64,000 nucleotides of DNA from Mobula hypostoma (lineage: Eukaryota). The notes beneath the pieces were generated by a model. That model saw only the letters and a list, made by a program, of their open reading frames with translations. It was not told the origin of the DNA and did not search any database. The translations under genes and the position numbers were made by a program. The stretch covers positions 18,850,001-18,914,000 of the forward strand of contig NC_086109.1 of NCBI RefSeq assembly GCF_963921235.1, written 5' to 3'. Shown here one piece after another: positions 23,100 through 37,042 of this stretch (its first letter is position 1; each line of letters opens with the position of its first letter).

Positions 23100-23635
23100 T
23101 TAGAATCAGATACAGGATCATGTTTAATATCAGTGGCATATGTCATGATATATGTTGTTTAGTGGCAGCAGTACATTGCAATACTTAATAAAAATGTATA
23201 TATTACAGCAAAAAATACAATATATATAATAAAATTAACTAAGCAGTGCAAAATGAGAACTAATAAAGAAAAAAAATAGTGAAATAGTATACATGGGTTC
23301 ATTGTCCATTTTGAAATCTGATGGAGGTGGGTAAGAAGCTGTTTCTAAAACATTGAGTGTCTTCAGGCTCTTGATGGTAGCAATGAAAAGAGGGCATTAC
23401 TTGGATGATTGGGGCCCTTAATGAGGGATGCCGGCTTTTTTTGGGGCATCGCCTTTTGAAGACATCCTTGAAGATGGGGAGGCTAGAGCCCATGACGGAG
23501 CAAGCCCTGTTTGCAACTTTTTGCAGCTTTCTTTCCTATATTGTGCAGTGGCCCCTCCATACCAGACAGTGCTGCAACCAGTTAGAATGCTCTCCAGGGC
23601 ACATCTGCAGAAATTTACAGTGGTCAAACTCCTCA
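23100..23635 (-). mobile_element. Rex1/Babar LINE 3' fragment
   Basis: NFCRCALESILTGCSTVWYGGATAQ; (TTCTGA)n-type tail. Further tails at about 25470-25860, 28285-29010, 33100-33495, 43620-43990, 54640-55190, 58447-58830 and 59150-59515. Confidence 0.85.
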
Positions 23636-25594
23636 CAGGGAATTACTGAAGTAAACATGACATATAGACAGATGGAGAGAAATGGGGACAACAATGAGTT
23701 TGTAAGAGAAGTCCTTAACATGGGCTGGGAATAAGAAAGGCTTCCAGGGCTTGGGAATAAAGTGACTGTTAGTGATGGGGTGATCAAAACTGAGATAGTG
23801 TGGTGGGGCAGATCCAGAAGAGTATGGGACTATAGGTAATTGCTGGGTCAGTGGATGAGGTTGTGGATGAAAGTCAGGCTGTAAGGCATTTAAATACAAT
23901 GTCACCTTCAATTGGGAGTCAAACTACATTAAAACAATACCCAGAATAAATAAACATTTCTTTCCTTTGAGAAAAGCATTTTTCGTTGGTACTAAGATTC
24001 ATTAGCTCTAAAATGTGGTATCCAGATTGAGATTAGAATGCTGTAGACAGACTGAATCTGTGCCAATATTTTTTCATATGGACTGTTAATTAATCTCATA
24101 TTTTTGATATCAGAATCTTTATGCCTTAAAGAAACTATATTTTTATGTTTCAATAATTAATTACAATAAAATTCAAATTTGAACAATTTCCAGGGAAAAA
24201 AATTAAAAAGATTTGTAGAGGCAGATGCTGGAAAAAGTAAAAATAGCGATTGCTGGAACGCTCATCAAATCAGGCAGCAACTGTGGAGAGAGGAACAGAA
24301 TTAGACTTTCAGTTTGATGATCTATCATTAGAACGTAATTTTTGGTCCTACTTGATGGTCGTACTTATTTGTATATTGAGAATCAGAATCAGATGTTTGC
24401 CAAAAGATGCACGAACTTTCAGTATCTTTAAGTAAATCTGAGTTCTTAATGCTAACAGTGTGTGCATTCAGAGCCCTGTTACCTTATTTGAATTTGCCAT
24501 TGTCTACTATCATACCATTGGCCAGTATTTTCTACAGACAAAAGGATTGGCCAGTAGTTCAAAGTGTAGTTTAAAAGCCACATGCAACTTTGTTAGAGAA
24601 GAATAAAGGTGTAAGTTCAGCATGATGACATTTATTGCTGGTATGGAGTTCTATCTGTTAAAAGCAAATGATTTTTTTCAACTAGGCTTTTGAGAATGTT
24701 TAAAATAAACTAAAATGAAAAAAAAAACTGAAATCAAACACCCTGTAACTTTTGAAAAGTATACTTTTCTGTAGATCTTTTCAGCTAGAGGGAATAGCAA
24801 GGGCAAGGTTTACTTTATTGTTATCTGATAATTCTGAATCAGAATACAGTACACAGTGATGCTATTCAACCCATTTTGTTCCTTTTGGTTCAGTTAATGA
24901 GGTAGTTCCACTGCCAGCTTTTCCTCCACGGTCCTACAAAAATTCCATCCTTATAGTCATTCAAATCTCTTTTAAAATTTCAACTCATTTCCACATCATA
25001 ACATCTCATTGAGTTAAAAAAAAGTAATCTTCCCCCTCTGCTTTTTTAATGATGAAATTAAATCTACCATCCACTATTGTCAAACCTCCTACTGGTAGGA
25101 AGAGCTTAAAGAGCTGTCAGCTCATCTCACCCCCAACATGGAAAAGATCCTTAATTTTATGATTCCCTGTTTGCTAACTGTGAAGCTGCACCCCTGGTGA
25201 CAGATATATGCTAGATCAATGCCGGATCCTTATCACCAATGACAAAAAGCCTGGTGAATGCACAAGAAGATGGAAAGTGATGTTCTTCTATGTAAGCACG
25301 GCACCAGACTTACAAGATTCATCCTTGCGGTGATAGATATATTTGTGTGTTTCTTGAAGCTTTGCACTGACCTTTGCTTTTAGGACACTGTGTTATTTGT
25401 TAATCTTGTTCGAGAAGTATTGGGTTTATTTTTCATTGTTGTTTTGAAATCTCTTTATTTAGTTCTAGAATCTTCAGAATCAGAATCAGAACCGGGTTAT
25501 TATTACTGACATATGTCATTAAATTTGTTGTTTTGTGGCAGCTGTGCACTGTTACACATAAATAAACTGCTACAAGTTACTAACTAAATGAAAA

Positions 25595-25735
25595 GGTAGA
25601 TAGATAGAAACAGATTGAGATAGATAGAGAGATAAAGAGAAAGATAGAGAGAAAGATAGAGATCGAGAGAAAGGTAGAGAGATAGATAGAGAGAAAGGAA
25701 GATGGACAGACGGATAGATAAACAGACAGATAAAA
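25595..25735. repeat. Degenerate (AGAT)/(AG) microsatellite
   Basis: Runs of agatagatag / gagagaaag. Confidence 0.8.
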
Positions 25736-26529
25736 GGATTAGTGAGGTAATGTTCATGAGTTTATGGACCATTCAGAAATCTGATGGCAGAGGGAAAGAG
25801 CTGCTCCTAAAATACTGAATGTGCATCTCCAGGCTCTTCTATCTCCTCCCTTATAGTAGCTTACCCAATTAGGAAACTTCTTTATTTCCAAGCAGAAATG
25901 ATGACTGATTGAAATCTAAGAAAAAAACATTTTACTGCAATTGCTGAAAAAAGAGAAAAAAAAAGAAAGAAAAGGAGAAAAAGTTAGAAAAAGAACTGCT
26001 GGAGGATCTCAGCCAGTCCAGCAGCACCTGTATGGTGAGGGGAGAGTTGCCGATGTTCTGGGTCAAGGCCCTGCATTACGACAGAGAGAGAGAGGGAAAG
26101 ACTGAAAGAAGCGAGGGGATGTTATGTTTATTTCATGTTGAAATTATAACAAGATGTACACAAGAGAAGCATGTAGTTGCAGAATTTCAGAGGGTTCTTC
26201 TCTGCTGCCTGTCACAGGGAAAGTCATGACTAAGATTTTCCTCAGTAGCCTTTGCCCATTAACTGAAGAAGTCTCCACACCCACATTCACTACCCCCCCC
26301 CCACCCCCCCGGCACCCTGAGTGAATCCTATCCATTCAGATGCACAGTGGACAAGACTTTCACTGCATAACTAGTCCAAAAAAGGTACAGGGACAGAATC
26401 AACCATCGTAATTGAGCATTCTCAATGTCACAATAACTTTTAGCTGCACCAGCAGAACGGGTTCTTCTAGTTTGGCGGTGCTCAGGAATCAGAGTTCTGC
26501 ACTCTGACAGAATGCAGCCATGATCTTCA

Positions 26530-27100
26530 TCAGTGGAGACCCAATCGCAGTACAGGATGCATTCAAGCAATCTTCTTCACATGCTTCATTTCTTCACCTT
26601 TTCTTGACCTTTCTTCCAATAAGCTCTTCAACCAGATGGTGTTAATCAACAGGACAAGTGGAAAACTGATCATTATTTGTCATCCACCAGTACATCCAAG
26701 ATCACCTCAGTCTCAGTCACTGGGCTACACTTTTGCTTGTGACTCTTCTGGAAGAGCCTTGCTCGCTTGGAAGCCAAACTCCAAACCAATGCTGACTCCT
26801 CTACTGCAGCGGACAAGAGGATGGGCTTTGCGCTAAACATCTCAAAGCTAAAGGTTTTTCACCAATCTGCCCTACTGTGCAACACTGCCCTTCAACGAGC
26901 AAGATCCGTGTTGAAAGCCATGTCAACGTAGGTCACTTCCCCAATCTTGGAGACCTCAGTAAGAACAGGCACCAATGATTAAAATCACCACTTCCCATAC
27001 TCCAGTACAGTCTTTAATTGCCAATGGAAAAGGGTGTTAGAAGAACCTGACCACAAGCCCAATATTAAAGCTCATGGTCAACTGAACATCAGTAATGGAA
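26530..27100 (+). mobile_element. Decayed RTE (BovB-like) RT fragment; a further piece at about 28080-28270
   Basis: Frameshifted peptides RTSGKL, EAKLQT, KRMGFALNISKLKVFHQ, NVGHFPNLG, KRVLEE, and GHIVLTLDTRLPKQAFYHEL. Confidence 0.75.
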
Positions 27101-27429
27101 ATAAACTCCTTTCATTTGGTATTTCTAAGCATAGTGACTCTTACCTCAGCAAGGTCTCCAAATCTGCTGAACAGCATCCTCAAAGGTGGAAGCTCTGATA
27201 GAGTCAGATTTATTTATAGCATATACATTGAAACATATAATGACATGCATCATTTGCATAAACAGCAAGCACACCCAAGGTTGTGCTGGGGGCAGCCCAC
27301 AAGTTTCACCATACATTCTGTTGCCAACATAGCAAGCCACCACTGTTCTACAGAACAACAACAGCTGCAAACAACAACAACAAAAACAAAACAACAGCCA
27401 AACAAGCCCCTTTCCCATCCCAAACACTG

Positions 27430-27557
27430 TGGAAAATCCGCAGATACTGGAAATCTAAAGCAACACACGCAAAGTGCTGGAGGAACTCAGCAGGCCAGGC
27501 AGCATCTATGGAACAGAGTAAACAGTCGATGTTTCGGTCCTGATGAAGGGTCTCAGT
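27430..27557 (-). mobile_element. Penelope terminal fragment; minus-strand half-hammerhead fused to a plus-strand half
   Basis: cagtcgatgtttcgg joined to tcCTGATGAagggtctcag. Confidence 0.7.
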
Positions 27558-28383
27558 ACAGGACGCACTTAAGCAACTTTCTTCTCATGCTTCATTCCTT
27601 CACCTTTTCTTGATCTTTCCCATCCCTCTCAGACACCCACTCACACACCCAGACTGTCACAACCAAGAATTCAGCAGCGCAGCAGGTTCGACAATTGTGC
27701 TCGTGAATATGCACATGTCAGCTAATTATTATTTCATTGTGATAACATTTAACTCCATTCATTCCTTCATAGTATTTGTTGAGACTTGGACACAGCAACC
27801 ATTCCCTGACTGCTTGTATTCCACCTTGCCTGAGAAATTGGACTATCGAGTCAACTGACTCTGAAGACTAGCAGTATTCGTTTTATTCTTAGTTGTTCTT
27901 TTCACCCACAGGGCAGGCTTTGTTTTCCATTTGGGAGTTTTAGTTAATGGCCCTGTTTGGCCTAGCATTTATTGATTTCTTTTCTCTTTAACACTGCTCA
28001 TATTAAAGTCTGTGAACTATCGACCTGCTTCAGTTTCTCTCACTCCACACTAGGGCCATATCCTCACCCGGTGACACAGACAGGCCTTCAGTCCCAGGAC
28101 AGGCTGCCTCTGGGCCCATTGATTCAGTTCCAGCAGACAGGACACATTGTTCTTACACTCGACACCAGACTCCCAAAGCAAGCATTCTACCATGAACTCC
28201 AAACCTTCACGTGATTTCTGTGGGGACATGGAAGATGCTTGCAGAATGCCCTTGAAAACTACTTAGAGAATGATAGCATCATTGTTATTGGTATCCGTTT
28301 ATTATTCTCTCATCTACCAAAATATATTGAAAAGCTCATCTTGCATACTATTTATACAGATCAAATCACAAGCATTAAGGTAG

Positions 28384-28610
28384 TGAGGGAGGGAACGTCG
28401 ACTCAGACCATGAGAGGCCTGCATTGGGCATTTTCATGCCTTACAAGATGCAGATTGGAAGTCTGTGTGGGGCGCCACTCCTCGCACAGACTAGTGCAAT
28501 GTGTGGTTTAGTGCCTTGCTCAAGGGCACAAACACGCTGCCACAGTTGAGGCTCGAACTAGTGACCTTGAGGTAACTAGACGAACGCCTTAACCGCTTGG
28601 CCACGTGCCC
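28384..28610 (-). mobile_element. tRNA-head CORE-like SINE, tail type 2
   Basis: Head tggccaagcggttaagg...agttcgagcc; TSD attaaggtag (28374-28383, 28611-28620); inserted in a Rex1 tail. Confidence 0.88.
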
Positions 28611-29029
28611 ATTAAGGTAGAAGAAAGTAAAACAATAACCATGCAGTGGAAAGTGTAAAGGCAGGCAAAGTGCAGTGCAGGTAAATAATGAAGTGCAACA
28701 TCAAAATGAGGTAGATTGTGAGATCAAGAATCCATTTTATCATACAAGAGGTCAGTTCAAGAACAGATAGAAGTGGGACAGAAGCCTGTGGTAGATACTT
28801 TCAGGCTTCTGCCTAACTGAAGAGTGGAGAAGAGAGAATGTCCAGGATTGGTGGGGTCTTTGATTATGCTAGCTGCGTTACTGAGGCAGTGAGAAGCACG
28901 GACGGAGCCAGCAGAGGGGAGGCTGGTCCTGGGATGGGCTGAGCTGTGTCCACAATTCTCTGCAGTTCCCTATAGTCACTAATAGCACAGTTATCATATG
29001 GATAGAATGCCATCACAGACTCCTGGCGA

Positions 29030-29417
29030 TCCATATAACCATAACCATATAACAATTACAGCACAGAAACAGGCCATCTCGGCCCTTCTAGTCCATGCCA
29101 AACTCTTACTCTCACCTAGTCCTACCGACCCGCACTCAGCCCATAACCCTCCAAATCTTTCCTGTCCATATATCTGTTCAATTTAACTTTAAACAACAAC
29201 ATCGAACCTGCCTCAACCACTTCTGCTGGAAGCTCGTTCCACACAGCTACCACTCTCTGAGTAAAGAAGTTCCCCCTCATGTTAGCCCTAAACTTTTGCC
29301 CTTTAACTCTCATGTCCTCATTTGAATCTCCCCCACTCTCAGTGGAAAAAACCTATCCACATCAACTCTATCTATCCCCCTCATAATTTTAAATACCTCT
29401 ATCAAGTCCCCCCTCAA
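29030..29417 (-). mobile_element. CR1 LINE 3' end with (ATGGTT)n tail
   Basis: LRGDLIEVFKIMRGIDRVD; RGNFFTQRVVAVWNELPAEVVEAG. Confidence 0.92.
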
Positions 29418-30231
29418 CAGGTACAGGGAGGTAGTCATCCTGAGGCCACAGGGGTCAGATCCCTGAACAAGGACAGTTTGGACTGGCAGAGAAATATGCA
29501 GGAAGGCACAGAGCACTTTGACTCTCCCATGGAGCCCAAGTGCAAGCTGAGAATTCTGATCAGTCCAGGCACCTATACATTTGAAGTCCCCCTTGCTGCA
29601 TTTTAGGCAGTGTCTATGGATCCTGTACTGGGCTTATCAGTCACCTAGAAACCAATATAAATGGAGTGAAAGCGAGTCGTCTTTGACCCCAAAGGAGATT
29701 CAGTTTAGTGCAGCTCACCCCTACAGTTTTTGATCATCCCAAATACCTGAGCACCTGGTCATAGAAGCTGTTATCTCAGTGCAGTCCAACACACCTTGAA
29801 TCCAAAGGACACCGAAGAATCAATTGCACTCTCTTGAGATGCGATTGGAAGCTAATGCCTGACGTGCCTGAGAGCTTGATTGAGATCATCTACAGGAAGG
29901 CAAGATGCAGTTCATATCCATTTCTGCCTGAGGCTTCACCTCATCAAATGCAGATGAAATGTAGGAATCCTTTTGAATGGCCTGTTGATGAGTCACAGAT
30001 GAACAGAGAAACAGGCACTTTCTCCCAACTCATCAATAAGTTTTGTCTTCCACTTCATAGCCCCTGAGAGACAGAAAAACCTGACAATAACCACTTCTGA
30101 TTTTGTGACACATAAACCATGTTTTTCAATTCCTGTGGGGTTTGCAGACACGTACAGCATTTTATATCATATTGTTGTGGTGAAGCAGGAGACACTGTTA
30201 ACAAATGAGTGATGGAGCAGAATGAACATAC

Positions 30232-30437
30232 TGGGCTGCAGACTGGGATCTTGGGCAGACGGTTTAATGTTTCCATTTTCTGTACGTAATTGATGGAAAA
30301 TAGTTTCCTTCTTGACCAAAGAACCACAAGAGGCTGATCTCACTGTAAATTTTTCCGTCTGATCTCGGCATGAGACCACTGACTGATGAGCTGTGCTGTG
30401 TTCCTTGGTCACGTGTCAACCACTTCTGGAATCGTTT
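30232..30437 (-). pseudogene. Exon-like segment with two in-frame TGA codons
   Basis: Acceptor ttcaatcactgtag|, donor |gtatgt; reads ETIPEVVDT*PRNTAQLISQWSHAEIRRKNLQ*DQPLVVLWSRRKLFSINYVQKMETLNRLPKIPVCSP. Confidence 0.25.
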
Positions 30438-30479
30438 CTACAGTGATTGAAATTAATAAATCATAAATGGAGAAGTACC

Positions 30480-30715
30480 GTGAGAGAGAGGGAGGGAGGA
30501 AGAAAGAGAGTGAGAGAGAGAGAGAGAGAGAGAGGGGAGGGAAGGTGGGAGGGAGGGTGGGATGGGGAGAGGTGGTGGAGGACAGAGATGAGAGGGAGGG
30601 AAGGAAGGAGACAGACAGGGACAAAGAAAAACACCAAGAGAAAGCAAGAGAGGTACACAGACACACAAAATGCAGAGAGACAGACTGCCAGATAGGCAGG
30701 GAAAGAAAGAATTAA
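30480..30715. repeat. (GA)n / purine-rich low-complexity tract
   Basis: gagagagaga and ggagggagg runs. Confidence 0.9.
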
Positions 30716-31567
30716 AAAGCAGGGTAATTTGCCTCGGGTTGTAGTGATTAGCACTGATAATCCAAGCTCCTATGACCTGGGTTTGTCATGGACCTTTGAT
30801 ACGCTGAAGATTTTGCATGGTCTCTGTATCTCTACTGGATTTCCTAAAGTGCTGGTTGGCGAATTAGACCATTAATTTGTTGCTGGTAACAGCTCTTAGT
30901 GTAGCAGAGTGCTAAAAACAATGCTAAAGAGGTTTCAGACCATAAGACATAGTAACAGAATTAGGCCATTTGGCCCATTGAATATGCTGGACCATTTCTT
31001 CATGGCTGATCCACTTTTCCTCTCAGCCCCAATTTTCTGCCTTCTCCCTGTATCTCTTCATGCCCAGACCAATCAAGAATCTATCAAACCCTGCCTTAAA
31101 TATAAGTCAAGATTTGGGTTTGCTGGCTAGCTGAGAGAGAATAAGCAAGAGAATACCAGAAAATGAGATGAGGAAAATGGGACTGTTGCCATTGCACTGG
31201 TGGGAACTGATAGGCTGAACGGTCTCCTCTGACATTGTTAGCATAAAGAAATCTCAGTGTCTGTGGACTTCAACAGGCAGAGACGTTTCTATTAAAATCT
31301 GATGAAAAATCTATAGAAACAGTACATGCTGGAGTTTTAGCAGCTGCATTTTGTGTTGGTCTTTGATAAGGAATGATATACCTTGTAAATTATACCAGTA
31401 TTTTCAAATTGAGTTCAGCATTTTGAGCAAAATCATGCCAAATCTGTTGTCTCGGTAAACTTTACGATAAAAAGGTACATCTTTCTGGTGCGACTACATA
31501 AACATCTCTGAACTTGTTTCATCATTTGGATCTAATGTTCCTCAGTGAGGTTCTATACTTTCTCATG

Positions 31568-32718
31568 TGAATTGAATTGAATTAACTTTATTACTTACAT
31601 CCTTCATATACACGAGTAAAAATCTTTATCTTACATTTCCATCTAAATGTGCAATGTGCAGTTTATAGTAATTTATAATAAATAGCATGTACAACAGGAC
31701 AGTTAATATAACATAGAAATACAATTGTATCAGCATGAATTAATTAGTCTGATGGCCTGGTGGAAGAAGCTGTCCCGGAGCCTGTTGGTCCTGGCTTTTA
31801 TGCTGCGGTACAGTTTCCCGGATGGTAGCAGCTGGAACAGTTTGTGGTTTGGGTGACTCAGGTTTCCAATGATCCTTCAGGCCCTTTTTGCACACCTGCC
31901 GCTGTAAATGTACTGAATAGTGGGAAGTTCACATCTACAGATGCACTGGGCTGTCCGCACCACTCTCTGCAGAGTCCTGCGATTGAGGGAATTACAGTTC
32001 CCACATCAGGCAGTGATGCAGCCAGTCAGGATGCTCTCAATTGTGCCCCTTTAGAAAGTTCTTAGGATCTGGGGGCCCATATCAAACTTCTTCAAACGTC
32101 TGAGGTGAAAGAGGCGCTGTTGTGCCTTTTTCACCCCACAGCCGATATGTACAGATCACATGAGATCCTTGGTGATGTTTATGCCGAGGAACTTAAATCT
32201 GTTCACCCTCTCAACCCCAGATCCATTGATGTCAATAGGGGCTAGCTTGTCTCCATTCCTCTTGTAGTCCAGCTCTTTTGTTTTTGCGACATTGAGGGAG
32301 AGGTTGTTTTCTTGACACTACTGTGTCAGGGTGATGACTTTTTCTGTAGACTGCCTCATTATTATTTGAGATTAGGCCAATTAGTGTAGTGTTGTCAGCA
32401 AATTTAATTAGCAGATTGGAGCTGTGGATGGCGACACAGTCATGCGTATACAGGGAGTAAAGGAGGAGGCTTAGTACACAGCCCTGAGGAGCTCCTGTGT
32501 TGAGGGTCAGAGGTGTGAAGGTTAGGGAGCCCACTCTTACCACCTGCTGATAATCTGACAGGAAGTCCAGCATCCAGCAACACAAGGCAGGGTGAAGGCA
32601 GAGGTCTCTGAGCTTCTTGTCGAGCCTGGAGGGAATTATTGTGTTGAATGCTGAACTGTAGTCCAAGAGCAGCATTCTCACATATGCATCCTTCTTCTCC
32701 AGATGCGTAAGGACGTGT
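31568..32718 (-). mobile_element. 5'-truncated Rex1/Babar LINE with RT domain remnant
   Basis: RMLLLDYSSAFNTIIPSRL...LNTGAPQGCVLS.LLYSLYTHDC...LIKFADNTTLIGLI; (CAATT)n tail at 31570-31585. Confidence 0.93.
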
Positions 32719-33332
32719 CGGTAGCCGAATTTTATTTTGAGATCAACCTGAGATCACTCATTACTTTATTCTTCAATTTCTTGAAGAGAGAATTATTAAT
32801 TCACCTGTGACTCACTAGTGAATATTGGATCACTTCTTGCAAAATCAGGTCAGTAATAAAGTTAGTGAGGACAATATTGAGAGGTATCTGTGTGAAATGG
32901 AAGTAGTTGCAAAGTCAAAGTGCTGGAATGCTGGACCAAAAGGATGGTGCAGGAAATGCTCAGCAGGGCAGGTGTTATCTGTGAAGAGAGAAACAGAGAT
33001 AATGTATCAGATCGATGCTTTGCTGCAGTTGTTTTCATCTCTGCAAAAGTACGCCAGTGGCTCCTGACCTTTTAAAATTATTAGCCCTCTCATTCACAAT
33101 CAGCAAAGGCAGCATCCATTATTAAAGACCCCCATCACCCAGGACATGTCCTCTTCTCATTGCTACCATCAGGAAGGAGGTACAGAAGCCTAAGGGCACA
33201 CACTCAGTGATTCAGGAACAGTTTTTTTCCCCCTGCCAGCCAATTCCTAAATGGACATTGAACCCATGAACACTACCTCACTTTTTAAAATATTATTTCT
33301 ACTTTGCACAATTTTTAATCTAACTATTTAAT

Positions 33333-33365
<33 letters not shown>

Positions 33366-33366
33366 T
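33333..33366. repeat. (CA)n microsatellite within a Rex1 3' UTR
   Basis: Perfect CA run. Confidence 0.95.
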
Positions 33367-34134
33367 TTATATAAATACATACTTATTGTAATTGATTTAC
33401 TTAGTTTTTCTTTCTATATTATTAGCAGTGAACTGCTGCTGATAAGTTAACAAATTTCACTACACTCGCCGGTGTTAATAAACCTGATTCTGAAAATACT
33501 TCCATCTCTCTCCTGTCCACTATTTAAGATCTCCCTGTCAGATAAGACAAAAGATAAGGCAGCATGGTATCGAGGTGATTCACATAAGGCTATTACATTG
33601 CCAGTGATCAGTGACTGGGGCCCAATTCTCCACGTGTACGTTCTCAGTGTGACCGAATGTATTACCTCTGGGTACTGCCGTTTCCTTGTACATTCCAAAG
33701 ACATACGAGTTAGGGTTAGTAAGTTGTGAGCATGTGATGTTGGCACAGGAAGCAGAGCAACACTTTTGTGCTGCCCCTAGCACATATTCGGACAATTGCT
33801 ATCATTGACACAAATGATGTAATTGACTGTATGTTTCAATGAACGCATGACAAATAAAGCTAATCTTTAAATGTTTAGATCATAAAACAGAATCTCATAC
33901 AATTCTGTGCAAAAAGGTAGATAGTGAGAGAATAGGTCTTTTTATAAATCAAAGTCTAAGTGAAATTCAGGTTTATTCTCATTTACACAAGAATACGTAT
34001 AGACTGGTGCTATGGAAAGCTTATTTGCAACAACATCATAGGCACATTGCATCAGAGATACAACATTCACAAGAAAAATATAAAACTGATATTGTTATAC
34101 CTGTATCTATTTATCTATCATCTATCTATATATA

Positions 34135-35005
34135 GGGAATGGCAATTACAATTTAACTCCTACAATTGCGAAGTGATGTATTTTAGGAAATTAAACCAAG
34201 GTAGGACAGAGGCAGTGAATGGCAAGGTGCCAGGGAACGATGTTGAACTAAACTTTGGCGTACACGTGCATCAGACAATACAGGTAGACAGGGTGGTGAG
34301 GAAGGTGAATGTTTACTTGCTTTAATTGCCTGAGGCATTGTGCATAAGAGTTGGGATGTCATACTACAGTTGGACAAAGCGTTGGTTAGGCCACAATTGG
34401 ACTATTGTGTGCCATTCTGGTCGCAACACTAGAAGATGGGTGTGATTAAGCTAGAGATGGTGCAGGAAAAATTGATAAAGATGTTGCCTGGACTGGAATT
34501 CTTCAGTTATAGAGATCGAATAGGCTGGTCAGTCTCCCTGGACGGAAGATGACAAGATAGAAGTACATATATACGTGCTGCATCAGCAAGTTTGCGGCGC
34601 TTGGAGGTTCATGGCAGGGAGAGTTCCTCCCTTCTGCCGCCTGCGTGAGATGATGAGTCGATTGGGACTTTGAGACTTTTTTTTACAGTGCCCATGGTCT
34701 GCTCTGTATCAAATTACGGTATTGCTTTGCATTGTTGTAACTACATGTTATAATTATGTGGTTTTGTAAGTTTTAGTCTTGGTTTGTCCTGTGTTTTCTT
34801 GTGATATCATTCTGGAGGAATGTTGTATCATTTTTTAATGCATGCATTTCTAAATGACAATAAATGAGGACTGAGTGTCCTCATAATCTAATCTAATCTA
34901 TATATGAGAGGCATAGATAGCCAGTACCTGTTTACTATGGTAGGGATGCCAATACAATGGGGCATGATTTTAAACTGAGTAGTTGAAGGCTTAAAGGGGA
35001 TCTGA
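34135..35005 (+). mobile_element. Decayed CR1 3' fragment interrupted by a (TCTAA)n-family element (34578-34900, +)
   Basis: EWQLQFNSYNCEVMYFRKLN...QVDRVVRKV; the insert ends in atctaatctaatcta. Confidence 0.85.
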
Positions 35006-35677
35006 TCCCTCAGGCATCTAGCATGCTGAGTTCATTTTTATTTCTCTTTGCCTTTTTTGCTAACTTTCTAAGTAAATTGTCCACATAATTTTCAAGCCTC
35101 CACCCTAAACGTTAGTGTCCTTGAGAATGCCCTCCACTCTGGGCTGGGAACAGCAGCAGAACATGGCAAGCTGATGAGGCGGCTGGAGACAAGCCACTTC
35201 TGCTGGTAGGAGAATCCTAATGACCACGTGGGATTCCCATCAGTGCTCTGGTTCCTCGCACTTTCCAAAGATGTACATCCTGGTGGGTTAATTGGTCACA
35301 TGGTTGAAACTGGGCCGGAAGGGCCTGTTACTGTGCTGTATCACTAAATAAAATAAAAATAAAATATCTTGGAGAGTGCAGACTCTCAGATTATCTTTCT
35401 GTTGGCTTTTTTCTATGTTCAAGGAAATAAATTCATTACTAGTTATAACCTTGAATGGAGACAAGATCTAAGGGAAGAAGCAGCAAGCTTACCAAACATG
35501 TTATCTGATTGCCAAACAACAAAGAACAATTATAAGCTATTCATTTGCAGAATAAGGTTGAGAATAAGACTGACAAGACCACCATATCTATTCTCCAATT
35601 TATACCCAACTGAAAACTCTGCATTTTAGCACAGTTACTTCAGATTTTTCATGATTTAATTTTAAATGATTGGATAT

Positions 35678-36046
35678 CTGGGGGCGGTGATGATACATCT
35701 CTACCAAAGGAGGTGCTCCTTCGCTCTGCTAGCCTGCAGGTCACCCTTGGGCAAGGTGTAGCACCTGCTTAGTCCCCTGATCAGGGTCATGAGAAGCCAT
35801 GGGAGCAGCTGGTAGATGGTCGTATGAGCAGCTGGTCCATATCACAAGTCCTGGTTATGCGACAACTGGTGCTGGGCAGACAATCTCTGAAGAGTATCGG
35901 CAATGGCTGGCATCACCCATCTTGTAAGGACACTGCCCAGAACAAGGCAACAGCAAACCACTTCTGTAGAAAAATTTGCCCAGAACGATCACAGTCAAAG
36001 ACAATGGTCACCCACGTCATACGACATGGCACATAATGATAATGAA
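35678..36046 (+). mobile_element. Non-autonomous RTE-related short element; 5' part repeated at 49093-49272
   Basis: Shared head gatac.tctctaccaaaggaggtg; RTE-type motif aaggcaa..gcaaaccacttc; (ATG/AAT)n tail. Confidence 0.65.
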
Positions 36047-36159
36047 TCCTAAATGATGGTGTCTGTTTTCTTTACAGTTCCCAACTGTTAGAACATAGAA
36101 CCCTTCAGCTTGGAACAGGCCCTTTGGCCTGCAAGATCTGTGCTGATTATGATGCATGG

Positions 36160-37042
36160 TGTTACATGCTCAAGGAGATCTGTTCTTTTTTGTGAGAATG
36201 ATGTAATGCTCTTTTGGAGGTCACCTGATGTGATTTTCCCGCTGATGTGAGGTCACGTGATGACATGTGCCCCTGTGACTATATAAGGGTTGACTCAGGT
36301 GACACAGTTGGTTTTTGAGTTTGTAGATTTCCAGGTAGAATGTGTTGTGCCTCCGTTTCTGTTGTGTGTTTGTTTTTGTGACGCAGTTTCATTGTTAAAA
36401 CGGAAGGTGCGTTCTCTTACAAGATATTGTATTTGAACCGGAAATTTGTGGCTGGAAGTGCCAATTTACTCAATTCCGACAGTTTTGAAGGGAGAGTGAA
36501 GAACTCATCGAAGTGAAGGATCGAGAGAAGTCGGCATCGTTTGGCAGTTTAATAAAAGATCGACCTTATTGAGTCTTCGTTGAAGGGAACCTGCATTGAG
36601 ATAACTCTTGCAATAGCGCAATGAGTTCATGCAAAAAGGCTCTCTCTCTCTCTAAAGGAATTTAAGGTCAGTCAATTTAAACTGTTTATTTTCGGCATCG
36701 GGAATCCTGTGGACAGAATCAGCAGTAAAGGTGTGTCGGTGAAGAAATCTTTCTCCAGAGAAGTCTCTCCCAATTGAATGTGTAAAACTGTTGGACTTTT
36801 GAAGTTACCACTTTAAGAACTATATCTGACTGTATCGCTTTAAGAACTGTTTTCGCATTTAACGCTTTAAGAGCCAGAGCTGAGTGGAGTGGAGTTGATA
36901 AACGGCTGCGTGCCTGTTTAACCTCCGGTTAAAATTTTCCTTTTGTTTTTTTTTCCTTATTGTTTATATGTGTTTAATAAATGTTTGGTTGTTTTTATAA
37001 AACCTGTCTCGATTAATATTCATTGTTGCCGGTTATGTAACA
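36160..37042 (+). mobile_element. Solo LTR (883 bp)
   Basis: TGTTACAT...ATGTAACA 8-bp terminal IR; perfect 4-bp TSD ATGG; TATATAA near 36280 and AATAAA near 36977. Confidence 0.93.

Noticed and set aside
27095..27613. 172-aa ORF with a signal-peptide-like start
   Set aside because: It runs through SINE, (CAA)n and Penelope fragments, so it is a chance chimera.
30232..30437. Selenoprotein interpretation of the in-frame TGAs
   Set aside because: No redox motif or recognisable SECIS element; CpG decay or chance is more parsimonious.
30409..30754. Cluster of ORFs on both strands
   Set aside because: The low-complexity (GA)n tract lacks stop codons.
35678..35810. HDV-like ribozyme at the 5' end of the RTE-related element
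   Set aside because: I could not assemble the P1/P1.1/P2/P3 nested pseudoknot by eye.
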